Virus record (IMG/VR): IMGVR_UViG_3300036791_000851
Span: 2,600-66,599 of that record
Origin: a virus
Length of the DNA: 64,000 nucleotides
Direction: 5' to 3' (one strand)
A program made the position numbers and the translations under genes. This document shows positions 18,501-27,532 of the stretch, one piece after another; the stretch's first letter is position 1, and each line of letters begins with the position of its first letter. A model generated the notes under the pieces. The model worked only from the letters and a program-made list of their open reading frames with translations. It did no database searches and was not told the DNA's origin.

Positions 18501-21500
18501 TCAGCGGCGCCTACATGCCGCCGTACATGGGGCCGACGGCGCCGCCACCGCTTACAGCTTATGAGCTGCCGCCGGTGACGGTCACACCGCCTGATCAACC
18601 GATAGAGGTTGTTCGACCAGAGGACCTGCCACCGGAAGAACGAGCGCGGCCGACGGAGGCAGCTGCAGTTCCGCTGCCGACTGCGCGGCCGACTGCGGCA
18701 CCTCCGACGACAGCGGCTGAGCGTGCTGATCAAAAAAATCAAGCGACGGCAAATGCTGCAGCAAACGCTGCAGCGAATGCTGCAACACCGCAAGCCACGC
18801 CACAAAATGCAGCAAATGCCGCAGCGAATGCTGCAGCGAAATCAGTGCCGCAAGCCACACCGCAGCAAGTGGCGAACGCTGTCGCAAACGCCGTGCCTAA
18901 TGCCACGTCGAAACAGATAGAGAACGCCGTGGCGAATGCCGTGCCTAACGCCACCCCGAAACAAGTGGCAACTGCCGTGGCGCAAGTCACACCATCAGCG
19001 CCATCGGTTACCGAAGCGCCGACCGGCGCAGTGCCCACAGCTCAGCCGACCGCAGGCCTCGTGCAGCAACCGGCAGCGTCAGCAGCAGCAGCGACAGCTC
19101 CAGCGGCGCCGACGGTGGGAGGACTTGCGGCAGCACCGAGCGCAACAACGCCTGGTGCTACAGCCGACACCACGGCGCCTAGTACTGTGGGGAGCTTGTT
19201 GAGCAGCGTTGCGAGCGCGATTGGCAGTGCGTTCATCACGCCGGCAGAAGCACGTGAGCGACGGGGTCGACAACAGCAGCCAGGGCGGACGCAGGCGCAG
19301 CAGCAGCGAGCGGCCCGTCAGCAACAGCGATTGCAGACAGCGCGGCAGGCATACATCGTTAACCAAGAGGCCCAGCGAGCTGAAAACGAGAACGCCGCGA
19401 ACAACACCTGGCCGACTAATTCAGCTCAAGCAACTGCGCGTGCCCCGCTCGTAAACGAGCTACGCACCAATCAAACTGCTATGCGGCATTTTGCTGCCGC
19501 TCTTTCAAAAGAAAGTTGGCCTGGAACGAACGAACGCACGGCAACTGCCGTCGGCGAAGCGCTAATGAATCGGGCACCAAGAAGTGGCTCGATTGATGCA
19601 GAGCTCCACAGCCGCTTCTACGGTCCCGTCAATGATGCCGGTCCCAATGGTACCCACCTCGGGCCGCATGGAAGCGGCAACGCCGAAAATCTCTGGAACA
19701 GTTTGACGCCGGCGCAACAAGAGGCGGCAATGGCTCAGGCAAATCGAGTCCTGGACCGACTCGCTAACGGCTCTTCCATCATTGGCAACCGCACCAATCA
19801 GGGCACGAACGACGCGAGACATACTGAAGTGGCAGGGCCGGATGTTATGCGCGTGGGCGGCGAAGCTTTTGGGCACATGGGCGGCGCTCCTCCTGGAGCA
19901 ACGCCGCCTACCCAGACGGCGGCGAGACCAGCAGCACCGGGAGCACCGGAGCAAACCGCCGGGCTCACGGTGGGCGGCGTTTCAATGGGGACGAGCCCAA
20001 GACCGGGTGAGCAAGGTCGACCTGGTCATGGACAAATGCCCGGACCGCAACTGCAAAACATCCTGGAATATGCCGGCCGTCAGGCCAACGTCCATACTCA
20101 AGTTTTCGCCGGCATCGAAAGGGGTCATCATCGACATGAGGTGAGCGCGAAGACGGGCGGGATCGGCTCTGCCGATGTCAAGCTGGTCGACCCCACTGAT
20201 GGGCACGTGCTCAATTCAAACAATCCAGAAGATCGCCAAAGGATTTCAACCTACATCTCGGCGGCGAGAGCTGCCGGCGGTACCGGCATCGGACATGCAC
20301 AGAATTATATGGGGCCTTCCGGTATTCATGTCGGTGGATCGGGCCCTGGACATCCAGCGATCGCTTGGGGCGCAGGCGGGAAAAGTGCAAATGTCCCAGA
20401 TTGGGTGCGACAGGCGTATAACCAAGGAGCGCGCAGCACGCTGACGCCAAATCAACTCAACACACGATTGGCGCAGCTTCGGACAACAACACCAGTAGCG
20501 GAGCCACGACCAGCGCCTGCACCAGCACCAGCACCAACGCCTGCACCAGCGCCGGCACCAGCGCCAGCACCTGCACCTGCACCGGCACCTGCACCCGCAC
20601 CGGCACCGGCACCGGCACCGCCGCCGCCGACGCAACCACCTCCGATGCAGCCGGTAGCGCCTGCGCCAGCGCCACCGCCCGCGCCAGCACCAGCGCCTGC
20701 ACCACCGCCGATGCAGCCGTCACCGCCGCCGATCAGCCCCGGATTTGCAGGCCGCGCTGGTCTTGGTGAGGCTGGTGGTGTCCGCGGTTTGCCCGGTGCT
20801 CCCTCTGGAGCGGCGCCGCTTTCAGGTCTTGCGGCTGCACCGCCGACAGCCGCGGAGCTTGGTGGTGGGCACGCCGCACCACCATCCGGTTCTTATGCCC
20901 AACGTGGCGCGGCGCCCCAGCTTGGAACGGGGCGACCTGGTGAGCCGCAACTGCCGTCCACGGCTGCACCATCGGCGGGACCATCCGGTTATGCACAGCC
21001 TGGCGTCACCGCTCCTCAGCCTGGAACGGGCCAGCCCGGTGTGCCGCCATTGCCATCGGAGACGACTACCCCTCCGCCGATGATCTCAGGGCAACCGCCT
21101 GGTGGCCCCGGTGGCCCCGGTGGAATTTTCCCCATCGCGGGACTTGGTGGTGGTGCTGGACTTGGCGAAGCTGGCGGTGTTCCTGGCATGCCCGGTACGC
21201 CTTCTGGCGCACAGCCCGCTGGTGCGCCGACGCGGCCGACAGAGGCGCGGCCGGAAGCGCTGCCACCGCAGACGTCGGAGGAAAGGGAGAAGACGGAGCA
21301 GGCGATAGCGACGATTGCGGGGCTAACTGCGGCTCCGAAGCCGCCGGCACTGGCTAAGGTGGGAACGCCCCAACAGCGCGCGACCGAAGCGTTCGAACGT
21401 GGCCGCCAGCGCATGACAGCAGAGGAACAGGCACAGGCAAAACAGTATGAGCAGAATGTTACTCCACAACTAAGGCAAGACTTGGTGGATGGAAAAATCA

Positions 21501-22471
21501 ACATTTACGACTTCATGTCGAAATCGTCTGGAGGCAAGTATTCCCCAGACACCATCAGGAAGACAGGCGAAGGGGGAATGCCATTTGGCGCCGGGCAGAC
21601 AACTGTCCAGCACGCTGTGCAAGGTCTGCAACGGGTCATCAACGATTATAGGCAGGGCACCGCCAGCGACCGCGCGCTGCAGCAGGCCAACGACAAGGCC
21701 ATGGCGGCATTTACCAGCGCGAGATCGGCTTACGAGGCAAGGCTAGAGGCAGCGGCGGCGGGATATGAGCCGTATACGCCGGCACCTGGTCCTGCTCCTC
21801 CTCCTGCACCCGAAATAGTTCCGATGACACCTACTGGTCCGCCTGGTGGCCTTGGCGGCCCTGGCGGAATTTTCCCGATCGCGGAATTTGGTGGCGGCGC
21901 AGGTCTTGGCGAGGCTGGTGGCGTGCCTGGGTTGGCGGGCGGTCCATCTGGACCGGAGCAGGTTGTGCCGATGACACCAACGGCTCCCTACGTCACCCAG
22001 AACCTACCGCAGTATCCGCCGATGGGATGGGAGCCGCCGCCGTCTGAGGTGCCCCCTGCTGCTGCGCCTGCTCCGCCTGCTGCTGCGCCTGCTCCGCCTG
22101 CTGCCGCGCCACCACCACCACCGTCCGCTGCACCTACTCCGCCTGCAGCTGCACCACCGCCGCCTGCTGCCGCGCCGCCTGCCGTTGCGCCTGCTCCATT
22201 GGTCGCGGGGCTCGGGCCCGCTTCTGCGCGCGCGCCTTATTATGATCCGAGCTATTTTGGCGATCGTGATTCGCAGGCCGCGCAAGTGCAAGCGATGGTG
22301 CGGCGAGACCCGAGAGCGATGGCTGCAAGAATGCAGGCTGATCCAACGATAGGTGCGATGCTGGCCTCGACGTTCACCCCTGCGGAGCTATCGGCTATCT
22401 TCGGCGATATCGGATTTAATCAGGGTGAGTCGAACCCGGTGGGCGGTCTTGTTCAACAGCAGCAAGGATAA
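15554..22471 (+). CDS. Giant low-complexity internal/ejection protein with a Cys-Gly segment and two putative peptidoglycan hydrolase domains
   Basis: 2305-aa open frame; Cys/Gly block; KE..AVGEALMNR (SleB-like); H..D..GIG...YMG...IHVG (M15-like); PA repeats. Confidence 0.75.
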   Translation: MARKARKRRSLTTRCPQRRKVRQAGGGLRSHRPPPPPPLGFFLKSRAELPEGYRPPPKRRRQLPAPSVTDAARGVPGYGSFKWSHAGKMNGSSLRFRRGIPFGMDWCQVNGRLYPIGYPQSQACTAACGHMASERGGCGGCGGCGGCGCGDAGGGCGCGDASGGCSCGSPGGGDPGGGSPGGGPACGCSDTGCGQGACGGCNCGGSCAGGCGGPGACAGCTGTGAGLGGGFGAPAGGDPGAAAAADGALGAAADAAASGALAGGDPGGAFAGGDPGSSFGGGFGLGMGDPSSGFSSGFGSFSCATPGMDIGTALGLAAADPQGFGMSTEDIQAGVTPSSPAALAQSVGYAVSPAESSVELGTSIAGAMNAAAANAVLNAPQSQVPAVTAAVAQATSLSEVLAAAAAMGVSTSGPFGEFGGPSPVGIPAPSPPGQAIFVPDPQSAAMNAAGAPGGDVGLGDFAASQPSDGGDQSQVAGLGDTGGQMVSPDFAPPASADQTQVAGLGPDTFSPSADISPDTLDLLSGGQMFGQAPSQGGAQVASLSQDFVPSAPSGGGLIGGDNVIGGLGGDFNLPSGLPSGQDQASLTASNIYNMDSPSSLAFMGGSSGGGQQAAEKEITANVASPDGGGKTEGPIAGLADQLGINDIPSSGGGDQPDTAKSDTTEPDSSAPDKAASEPSAPSEPTTPSEPTTPSEGGSLAKDIGIGDIPTSAFTPGGFETTKADTREPESTTSRQQAAGETTTTYDPLTGYPMGTTTSAPAETIPDWLKGAFGGATLGVPAIPFAGPFAPLVGGILGAGVFPFLNDPNLLGSTPFPEPSATPESTQRPAGTAAPPSVPSEPFVDPLTGFAMPAPAPPGPTTIAGVGENVPVSGGAGNEPVVSSATIPEATGIPEAVTTFDPLTGYPMAAPPPPGPTTVGGIGEDVPVVGGAGTEPVVSSATMPETAAGPGGLTGIETGLPPDFSIASVREAVGLPPSVSYDPLSGAYMPPYMGPTAPPPLTAYELPPVTVTPPDQPIEVVRPEDLPPEERARPTEAAAVPLPTARPTAAPPTTAAERADQKNQATANAAANAAANAATPQATPQNAANAAANAAAKSVPQATPQQVANAVANAVPNATSKQIENAVANAVPNATPKQVATAVAQVTPSAPSVTEAPTGAVPTAQPTAGLVQQPAASAAAATAPAAPTVGGLAAAPSATTPGATADTTAPSTVGSLLSSVASAIGSAFITPAEARERRGRQQQPGRTQAQQQRAARQQQRLQTARQAYIVNQEAQRAENENAANNTWPTNSAQATARAPLVNELRTNQTAMRHFAAALSKESWPGTNERTATAVGEALMNRAPRSGSIDAELHSRFYGPVNDAGPNGTHLGPHGSGNAENLWNSLTPAQQEAAMAQANRVLDRLANGSSIIGNRTNQGTNDARHTEVAGPDVMRVGGEAFGHMGGAPPGATPPTQTAARPAAPGAPEQTAGLTVGGVSMGTSPRPGEQGRPGHGQMPGPQLQNILEYAGRQANVHTQVFAGIERGHHRHEVSAKTGGIGSADVKLVDPTDGHVLNSNNPEDRQRISTYISAARAAGGTGIGHAQNYMGPSGIHVGGSGPGHPAIAWGAGGKSANVPDWVRQAYNQGARSTLTPNQLNTRLAQLRTTTPVAEPRPAPAPAPAPTPAPAPAPAPAPAPAPAPAPAPAPAPAPPPPTQPPPMQPVAPAPAPPPAPAPAPAPPPMQPSPPPISPGFAGRAGLGEAGGVRGLPGAPSGAAPLSGLAAAPPTAAELGGGHAAPPSGSYAQRGAAPQLGTGRPGEPQLPSTAAPSAGPSGYAQPGVTAPQPGTGQPGVPPLPSETTTPPPMISGQPPGGPGGPGGIFPIAGLGGGAGLGEAGGVPGMPGTPSGAQPAGAPTRPTEARPEALPPQTSEEREKTEQAIATIAGLTAAPKPPALAKVGTPQQRATEAFERGRQRMTAEEQAQAKQYEQNVTPQLRQDLVDGKINIYDFMSKSSGGKYSPDTIRKTGEGGMPFGAGQTTVQHAVQGLQRVINDYRQGTASDRALQQANDKAMAAFTSARSAYEARLEAAAAGYEPYTPAPGPAPPPAPEIVPMTPTGPPGGLGGPGGIFPIAEFGGGAGLGEAGGVPGLAGGPSGPEQVVPMTPTAPYVTQNLPQYPPMGWEPPPSEVPPAAAPAPPAAAPAPPAAAPPPPPSAAPTPPAAAPPPPAAAPPAVAPAPLVAGLGPASARAPYYDPSYFGDRDSQAAQVQAMVRRDPRAMAARMQADPTIGAMLASTFTPAELSAIFGDIGFNQGESNPVGGLVQQQQG
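20509..20720 (+). repeat. Degenerate 6-bp repeat encoding a (PA)n linker
   Basis: CCNGCN repeats. Confidence 0.85.
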
Positions 22472-22474
22472 GCG

Positions 22475-23803
22475 ATGTACGCACAGGGCGGATTGATCGA
22501 TTTGCCGGGCTATTACCAGGATGGCGGTGACACGCCGCAAGACGACGAGCCGCAAGGCGCGCAGTCACAGCTGCAAGCCCCGACTCCGCTTCCTCGTCCT
22601 GATCCGCGTTCTTACGAAGAGAAGCTGACAACGAGCCCCGAAGCGCGGGCGCAATTTGAGCAGGACATGCGCGGCCTCGCTTTTGGCGGATCACAGCCTG
22701 CGCCACAGCCGCAAGTTCCTCTTCCGCGGCCGCGACCTCCAGAGGCCCCTCTCCCAGGTGATATCCCATCCCGTCCGGGACCGGCTGATCTGGCGACGCA
22801 GGCAGGGTTGCATGATCTACCTCCGTGGAGGGCGATGGGACCTCGTTCGATAGGCACTTCTTACGATCCGACGACGCCAGTTCCTGAAGAAATAGCTCGG
22901 CAGCAGCGGATTCCGACGGTGTCGCCTCACGATCTCAGAGCCTGGGATGCGTGGGAAGCACAGCAACGGCAGAGCGGCAACGTAGAAGACCGGCGAACAC
23001 CAGAACAGATCGCGGAGGACACCAGAAGGTGGGGGGAAGCGACTTTTGTGCCTGCGCCTTGGGTGGGCGACAGGCCGCCGCCGTGGACGGTGACAAGGTC
23101 GAGCCCGTCGCGTCCGCGCGCTCGCGGAGGCCTGGTTAACTTCCGCCAGACCGGCGGTGACGTGGATGAAAACAAGTTCGCCCAAGCTGCGCGGCAAGGA
23201 GGGCAGCTGATGCTCCGCGCGCTCGACACTTCTCCGATAGGCAAGGCGTCTGGCTTCCAGTTCGGTGGAATTGCAAAGCCGCAGCTCGGCATCCCACAGA
23301 TGACCGGCTATGCCAGAGGAGCGCATTTCAGCGGCCCCAATACACAGCACGCCGCTGTACCTGGCGTGCATCTGATCAATTCCAGTGTGCCCGGTCGTGT
23401 CGACCGCATTCCAATGCGTGCGCGTTCGGGCTCCTACGTGCTGCCATCTGATGTCGTGTCAGGGATGGGGCAAGGCAATACGAATGCCGGCGCCAAGATG
23501 TGGGGAAACCTGATCTCGCATTCAATCGGTCCCATGGGAATACAGAATGCGATCAAGCAGCGATCGATGCCATCAGCGCGATTGCGCATGACCGGGGCAA
23601 CGAAGACCTTTGCGGGCGGAGGTGCGAACGAATATACGCCGATCATCACGGCAGGCGGCGAATGCCTGGTTGACCCAGAGATCGTTCGCGAGCTTGGTGA
23701 TGGTGATTCAGAGGAGGGTAAGAAAGTGCTGGCCAATTCCGTTGCGCAGGTTCGTAAGCAAACCCTACAGCATATCAAAGCGCTGCCGAAACCGGTGTCA
23801 TGA
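22475..23803 (+). CDS. Internal virion protein with GG motifs and a duplicated D.IP....G.YV.P.DVV..G.G....G.K domain
   Basis: PGRVDRIPMRARSGSYVLPSDVVSGMGQGNTNAGAK and TPIITAGGECLVDPEIVRELGDGDSEEGKK. Confidence 0.7.
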   Translation: MYAQGGLIDLPGYYQDGGDTPQDDEPQGAQSQLQAPTPLPRPDPRSYEEKLTTSPEARAQFEQDMRGLAFGGSQPAPQPQVPLPRPRPPEAPLPGDIPSRPGPADLATQAGLHDLPPWRAMGPRSIGTSYDPTTPVPEEIARQQRIPTVSPHDLRAWDAWEAQQRQSGNVEDRRTPEQIAEDTRRWGEATFVPAPWVGDRPPPWTVTRSSPSRPRARGGLVNFRQTGGDVDENKFAQAARQGGQLMLRALDTSPIGKASGFQFGGIAKPQLGIPQMTGYARGAHFSGPNTQHAAVPGVHLINSSVPGRVDRIPMRARSGSYVLPSDVVSGMGQGNTNAGAKMWGNLISHSIGPMGIQNAIKQRSMPSARLRMTGATKTFAGGGANEYTPIITAGGECLVDPEIVRELGDGDSEEGKKVLANSVAQVRKQTLQHIKALPKPVS

Positions 23804-24480
23804 CCAGGGTCCTTTATGACCTAGAAAGCGGTGTGCCGGGTGTGCGGTGCGCAACTGCTGATGACGAGACCGATCTCTTCATACTTTTGCTGCTACTACA
23901 TCGCGAGAATGGAATCTTCGGACTCAACGAGGAAAAGGTTATCAAAGGCATTCGATATGCGACAGGGCGGGAGGGCGGCATCATCTTTTGCATCGACGAA
24001 GACCAGGCGCAACCGCATAGCAGTGACAATCACGTGGTTGCGTCCTTGGGGATGTGCGTCACAACGGATTGGTACAGCGACGATCCGTACCTGCTGGAAC
24101 GCTGGAACTATGTGCATCCAGAGCATCGTCGCAGCGATTATGCCCGCAAGCTTCTTGAGCAAGCCAAGTGGAGCCATCATTGGTTTAAGCAGCCAGAGAG
24201 AGATGCGCCATTGAACATGCCGTTCCAGTGCGGCATCAACAGCTTCGATCGCACGGAAGCAAAGGTACGTCTCTACGCGCGCCACATGCCATGCATCGGC
24301 GCATGCTTCTTGTACGGTGCACCACCGCTCCAGGCCGACAAGTATCAAAAGAGCATGCGAGAAATCGAGGATATGGCGCGACGGATCAGAGGACTTCCGT
24401 CGCCGCAGAACAGAAAAGTCGTACCGTTAGTTGAAACCATTCTTCGGGAGGGCCAACGAGATGTGCGGCAAGGGCGGTAG
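23800..24480 (+). CDS. GNAT acetyltransferase
   Basis: VR.AT..D...W.YVHPEHRRS.YAR.LL acetyl-CoA-binding motif A. Confidence 0.85.
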   Translation: MTRVLYDLESGVPGVRCATADDETDLFILLLLLHRENGIFGLNEEKVIKGIRYATGREGGIIFCIDEDQAQPHSSDNHVVASLGMCVTTDWYSDDPYLLERWNYVHPEHRRSDYARKLLEQAKWSHHWFKQPERDAPLNMPFQCGINSFDRTEAKVRLYARHMPCIGACFLYGAPPLQADKYQKSMREIEDMARRIRGLPSPQNRKVVPLVETILREGQRDVRQGR

Positions 24481-27400
24481 TCCTCCTGTTCCCGGCTCAA
24501 CCTCGACCGCGTTCCAGTCGGCGACGGCGGCGAATCCAAACGTCGCGCCGATGTATCAAAGCTTCCTCGCCAACGCCAACAACCTTTCGCAGACGCCGTT
24601 CAACCCGGCGATGTATGGCTCGGTTGCGCCGATGAATACGGGTCAGATTGCGGCTGGCAGCCAGCTTTCCGCCCTTGGCATGGACTTGGGGAACTTCGAT
24701 CCCAATGCGGTGACATCGATGGAGTCACCGTTCACGACGGATGTGGTGAACGCGACACAGAACTGGTTCAACAATCAGAACGCCATCCAGGGCACTGATC
24801 TGATGAGCCAGGCGATCCGCTCTGGCAACGCCTTCGGCGGTGATCGCGCCGGTGTTGCCGAAGCGCAGCTCGCGGGGCAGCAGCAACTCGCGCAGGCACC
24901 GGTGATCGCTGGTTTGCGTCAGGCCGGTTACACCCAGGCGCTCAATGAGTACAACCAACTCAAACAATACGGTTTGACAGGCGCGCAAGCCGCGCTCGGC
25001 TGGGGCACGCAGGTGCAGCAGCAGGCACAGCGTGAGGCCGATGTCGCACAGCAGAACGCGATGATGTCGTCGGCCTATCCGTTCCAGCTCGCGAACTGGT
25101 ACGGCTCGACGCTCGGCGGTATCGGCCCGCTGCAAGGCACGTTTGCGCAAGGCTACACCACCCCGCCAAATCCGAACCTGGTCAACCAAGGGATCGGCAT
25201 TGCCACCTCGCTGGCCGGCATAGGCAGCTCGCTGTTCGGCGGTAAATATGGCGGTCCAGTCGGACGTAGATACGGCGGCGTCGTCGTTCCGGTGCGCAGG
25301 CATGGCGGTATTATCGAGGGCGGCATTGCAATGCCGCGCTATCGGCGCGGCGGCTTGATGGCGCCCTATCCTCGCCGTTTCCAAGTCGGCGGTCTAACCG
25401 GCTTTGATCCCAGCGGTTTCAGCGATCCTGGTGGCAATCTTGATCCGGCGAGGAGCAATGCTCCTCCTAATGCTGGCGCGCTCATCCAGCACATGATGGA
25501 TCAGCAGCAGAGGCAAAAGCAGGGCACAACACAAGACGACAGCCTCGCCGGCATTGTTAAGAATGCAGCCAGCTTGGCGACCAAGGCGGCTCCGCTGTTT
25601 GCGCTACTCAGATACGGCGGTCCTGTTCCTCGCTTCCAAGGCGGAGGCGATGCCGACGACACCGATATGGACGGAAGACAATATGCTGCTCTGCCCCCGA
25701 CTGCGGCACCTGACAAAGGTGGTGCGATCAGTCTGCCGCCCGTTGATGTGTCGTCGTCTGACGGCACGATGCCGTTGCCACCGCCCCGCCCGCCACAAGC
25801 CGGTCTTGGTGCCGATCGCGTACCGAGGATGGGCACACCAGAGGCGATGCGTGAGACGCCCACGCCGCAACAGGCGCGTGTCTATGGTGAAGGTGCTGCA
25901 GGAGGCGAGGATTATCGTGTGCCTCCTGAAGACAGCACCGCTCCAGCAGCTGCGCGTCCAACCAGCGGTGCGGGCGGCAGCGGCGGCCGGGGTATTTACG
26001 CGGGCACGGAGACTATCCCTGGCCTCGGGCGACCGCCGCAGACGTTCTCTCAACGCTTGGCAACAAATCCGTTGCTTGCGATGGGGGCCGCGATGCTCTC
26101 TAGCCGCAGTCCGTATTTTGGGGTGGGACTGGGAGCTGGCCTGCAGGCAATGCAGGGTGCCGCTGCGGCTAGAGGCAAAGAAGAAATGTTCGATCAGGAG
26201 CCGCAGCTGATCGACGATGGTCAGACGCTCAGCTATCGGGTCGGCAACAAGATCATCAAGACGACCATGCCGTCACCGAAGGCAAGGGAAGGAAAAGCTG
26301 TCTCTGATGCGCAATTACAGCAACAGACAAAGTTGCAGTTGCAGGCATTGCAGACTGATCCAGAATGGTCGCTGAAGCCAGACACTGAGGTATTGCAGGA
26401 GGCTGATATCCGCGCTCGTGAGCACTGGAATGCAACGCATCCAGGCGCTCAACAAGTAATTGTCCCCCCACGGTCTACGGCGACGACCAAGCCGCCGGAA
26501 GGGACGGAAGGTACGACACCAGGCCCGGCAGGACCTCCGGGGGCGCCGCCTCCGATGACGGTAACAAGTCAGACGCCACCGCCGAAACCTCCTGCACCAG
26601 CGGCAGAGACGACGACAGGTGGGCCACCAGATGTAAGGGAGCCGACTACTCCGGAGGAACAGGCACGAGCTGATCGATTACTGAATCATGACCAAGAATT
26701 TCAATCGCCAAATAAGGTAAATCCGAAGCTTCTGGCACGGCTGAATACTACGCCAGAGGATTTTGATTTCATGGCGCGGCAGCTTGCCTATGGCGTCCCG
26801 ATACATCAGCTTGTTCGTGGCCAGGGGAAGGACGCTACGGCCGCAGCCTCTGCCCTAAGAGCGCGTGCTACGCAGTATCTGAGAGAGCAAGGATGGACTC
26901 CTGAGCAAGCAGCCGGAATCATGCAACAGTATGCGGCGCGAACAGCCGGCGCTCGGGTACTCGGTCAACAAGAAGCTCGGTTGACCAACGCTATCCAAGA
27001 AGTTCGTGCGACCGCACCTCGCGTGCTCGAAATCTCTGATCGGATAAAGCGGACACAATACCCGACAATCAATTCTCTCATTCTGGCTGCTCAGAAGCAG
27101 ACCGGTGGTGAGGACGTCGTCCGGCTAGGTACGGCTACCGAAACTTTGATCAATGATTATGCTGCAACGCTTGGTCGCGGCAATGGCACGATGACTGATG
27201 AGGCGAGAAGGCGCGCTAGCGAATTGCTCGAAAGAGGATACAGCCAGGGGCAGATGGGTGCCGTTGTCGACCAGATGCTGATCGAAATCGATGCGGCAGC
27301 ACAGTCCATTCGCCGCGGTCTTGGTACTTACACCGGAACCCGACCCGAAGAGCGCTACGAACCGGGCAGCATTCTTAGACGGCCGGGCGCTGGTCAACCC

Positions 27401-27532
27401 GGTGCTGGCGGCGGCGCGGGTGCCGCAACACCGCCAGTTCGAGTTGGCTCGCCGGAAGAGGCGCGAAAATTGAAACCTGGGACCCGGTTCATAATCCCTG
27501 ACGGCAGTGGCAGGATTGGAACGGTGCCATAA
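24461..27532 (+). CDS. Internal virion/DNA ejection protein (starts MCGKGG)
   Basis: GGGAGG RBS before ATG 24461; Gln/Ala-rich; GNAFGGDRAGV motif typical of podovirus ejection proteins. Confidence 0.75.
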   Translation: MCGKGGSPPVPGSTSTAFQSATAANPNVAPMYQSFLANANNLSQTPFNPAMYGSVAPMNTGQIAAGSQLSALGMDLGNFDPNAVTSMESPFTTDVVNATQNWFNNQNAIQGTDLMSQAIRSGNAFGGDRAGVAEAQLAGQQQLAQAPVIAGLRQAGYTQALNEYNQLKQYGLTGAQAALGWGTQVQQQAQREADVAQQNAMMSSAYPFQLANWYGSTLGGIGPLQGTFAQGYTTPPNPNLVNQGIGIATSLAGIGSSLFGGKYGGPVGRRYGGVVVPVRRHGGIIEGGIAMPRYRRGGLMAPYPRRFQVGGLTGFDPSGFSDPGGNLDPARSNAPPNAGALIQHMMDQQQRQKQGTTQDDSLAGIVKNAASLATKAAPLFALLRYGGPVPRFQGGGDADDTDMDGRQYAALPPTAAPDKGGAISLPPVDVSSSDGTMPLPPPRPPQAGLGADRVPRMGTPEAMRETPTPQQARVYGEGAAGGEDYRVPPEDSTAPAAARPTSGAGGSGGRGIYAGTETIPGLGRPPQTFSQRLATNPLLAMGAAMLSSRSPYFGVGLGAGLQAMQGAAAARGKEEMFDQEPQLIDDGQTLSYRVGNKIIKTTMPSPKAREGKAVSDAQLQQQTKLQLQALQTDPEWSLKPDTEVLQEADIRAREHWNATHPGAQQVIVPPRSTATTKPPEGTEGTTPGPAGPPGAPPPMTVTSQTPPPKPPAPAAETTTGGPPDVREPTTPEEQARADRLLNHDQEFQSPNKVNPKLLARLNTTPEDFDFMARQLAYGVPIHQLVRGQGKDATAAASALRARATQYLREQGWTPEQAAGIMQQYAARTAGARVLGQQEARLTNAIQEVRATAPRVLEISDRIKRTQYPTINSLILAAQKQTGGEDVVRLGTATETLINDYAATLGRGNGTMTDEARRRASELLERGYSQGQMGAVVDQMLIEIDAAAQSIRRGLGTYTGTRPEERYEPGSILRRPGAGQPGAGGGAGAATPPVRVGSPEEARKLKPGTRFIIPDGSGRIGTVP

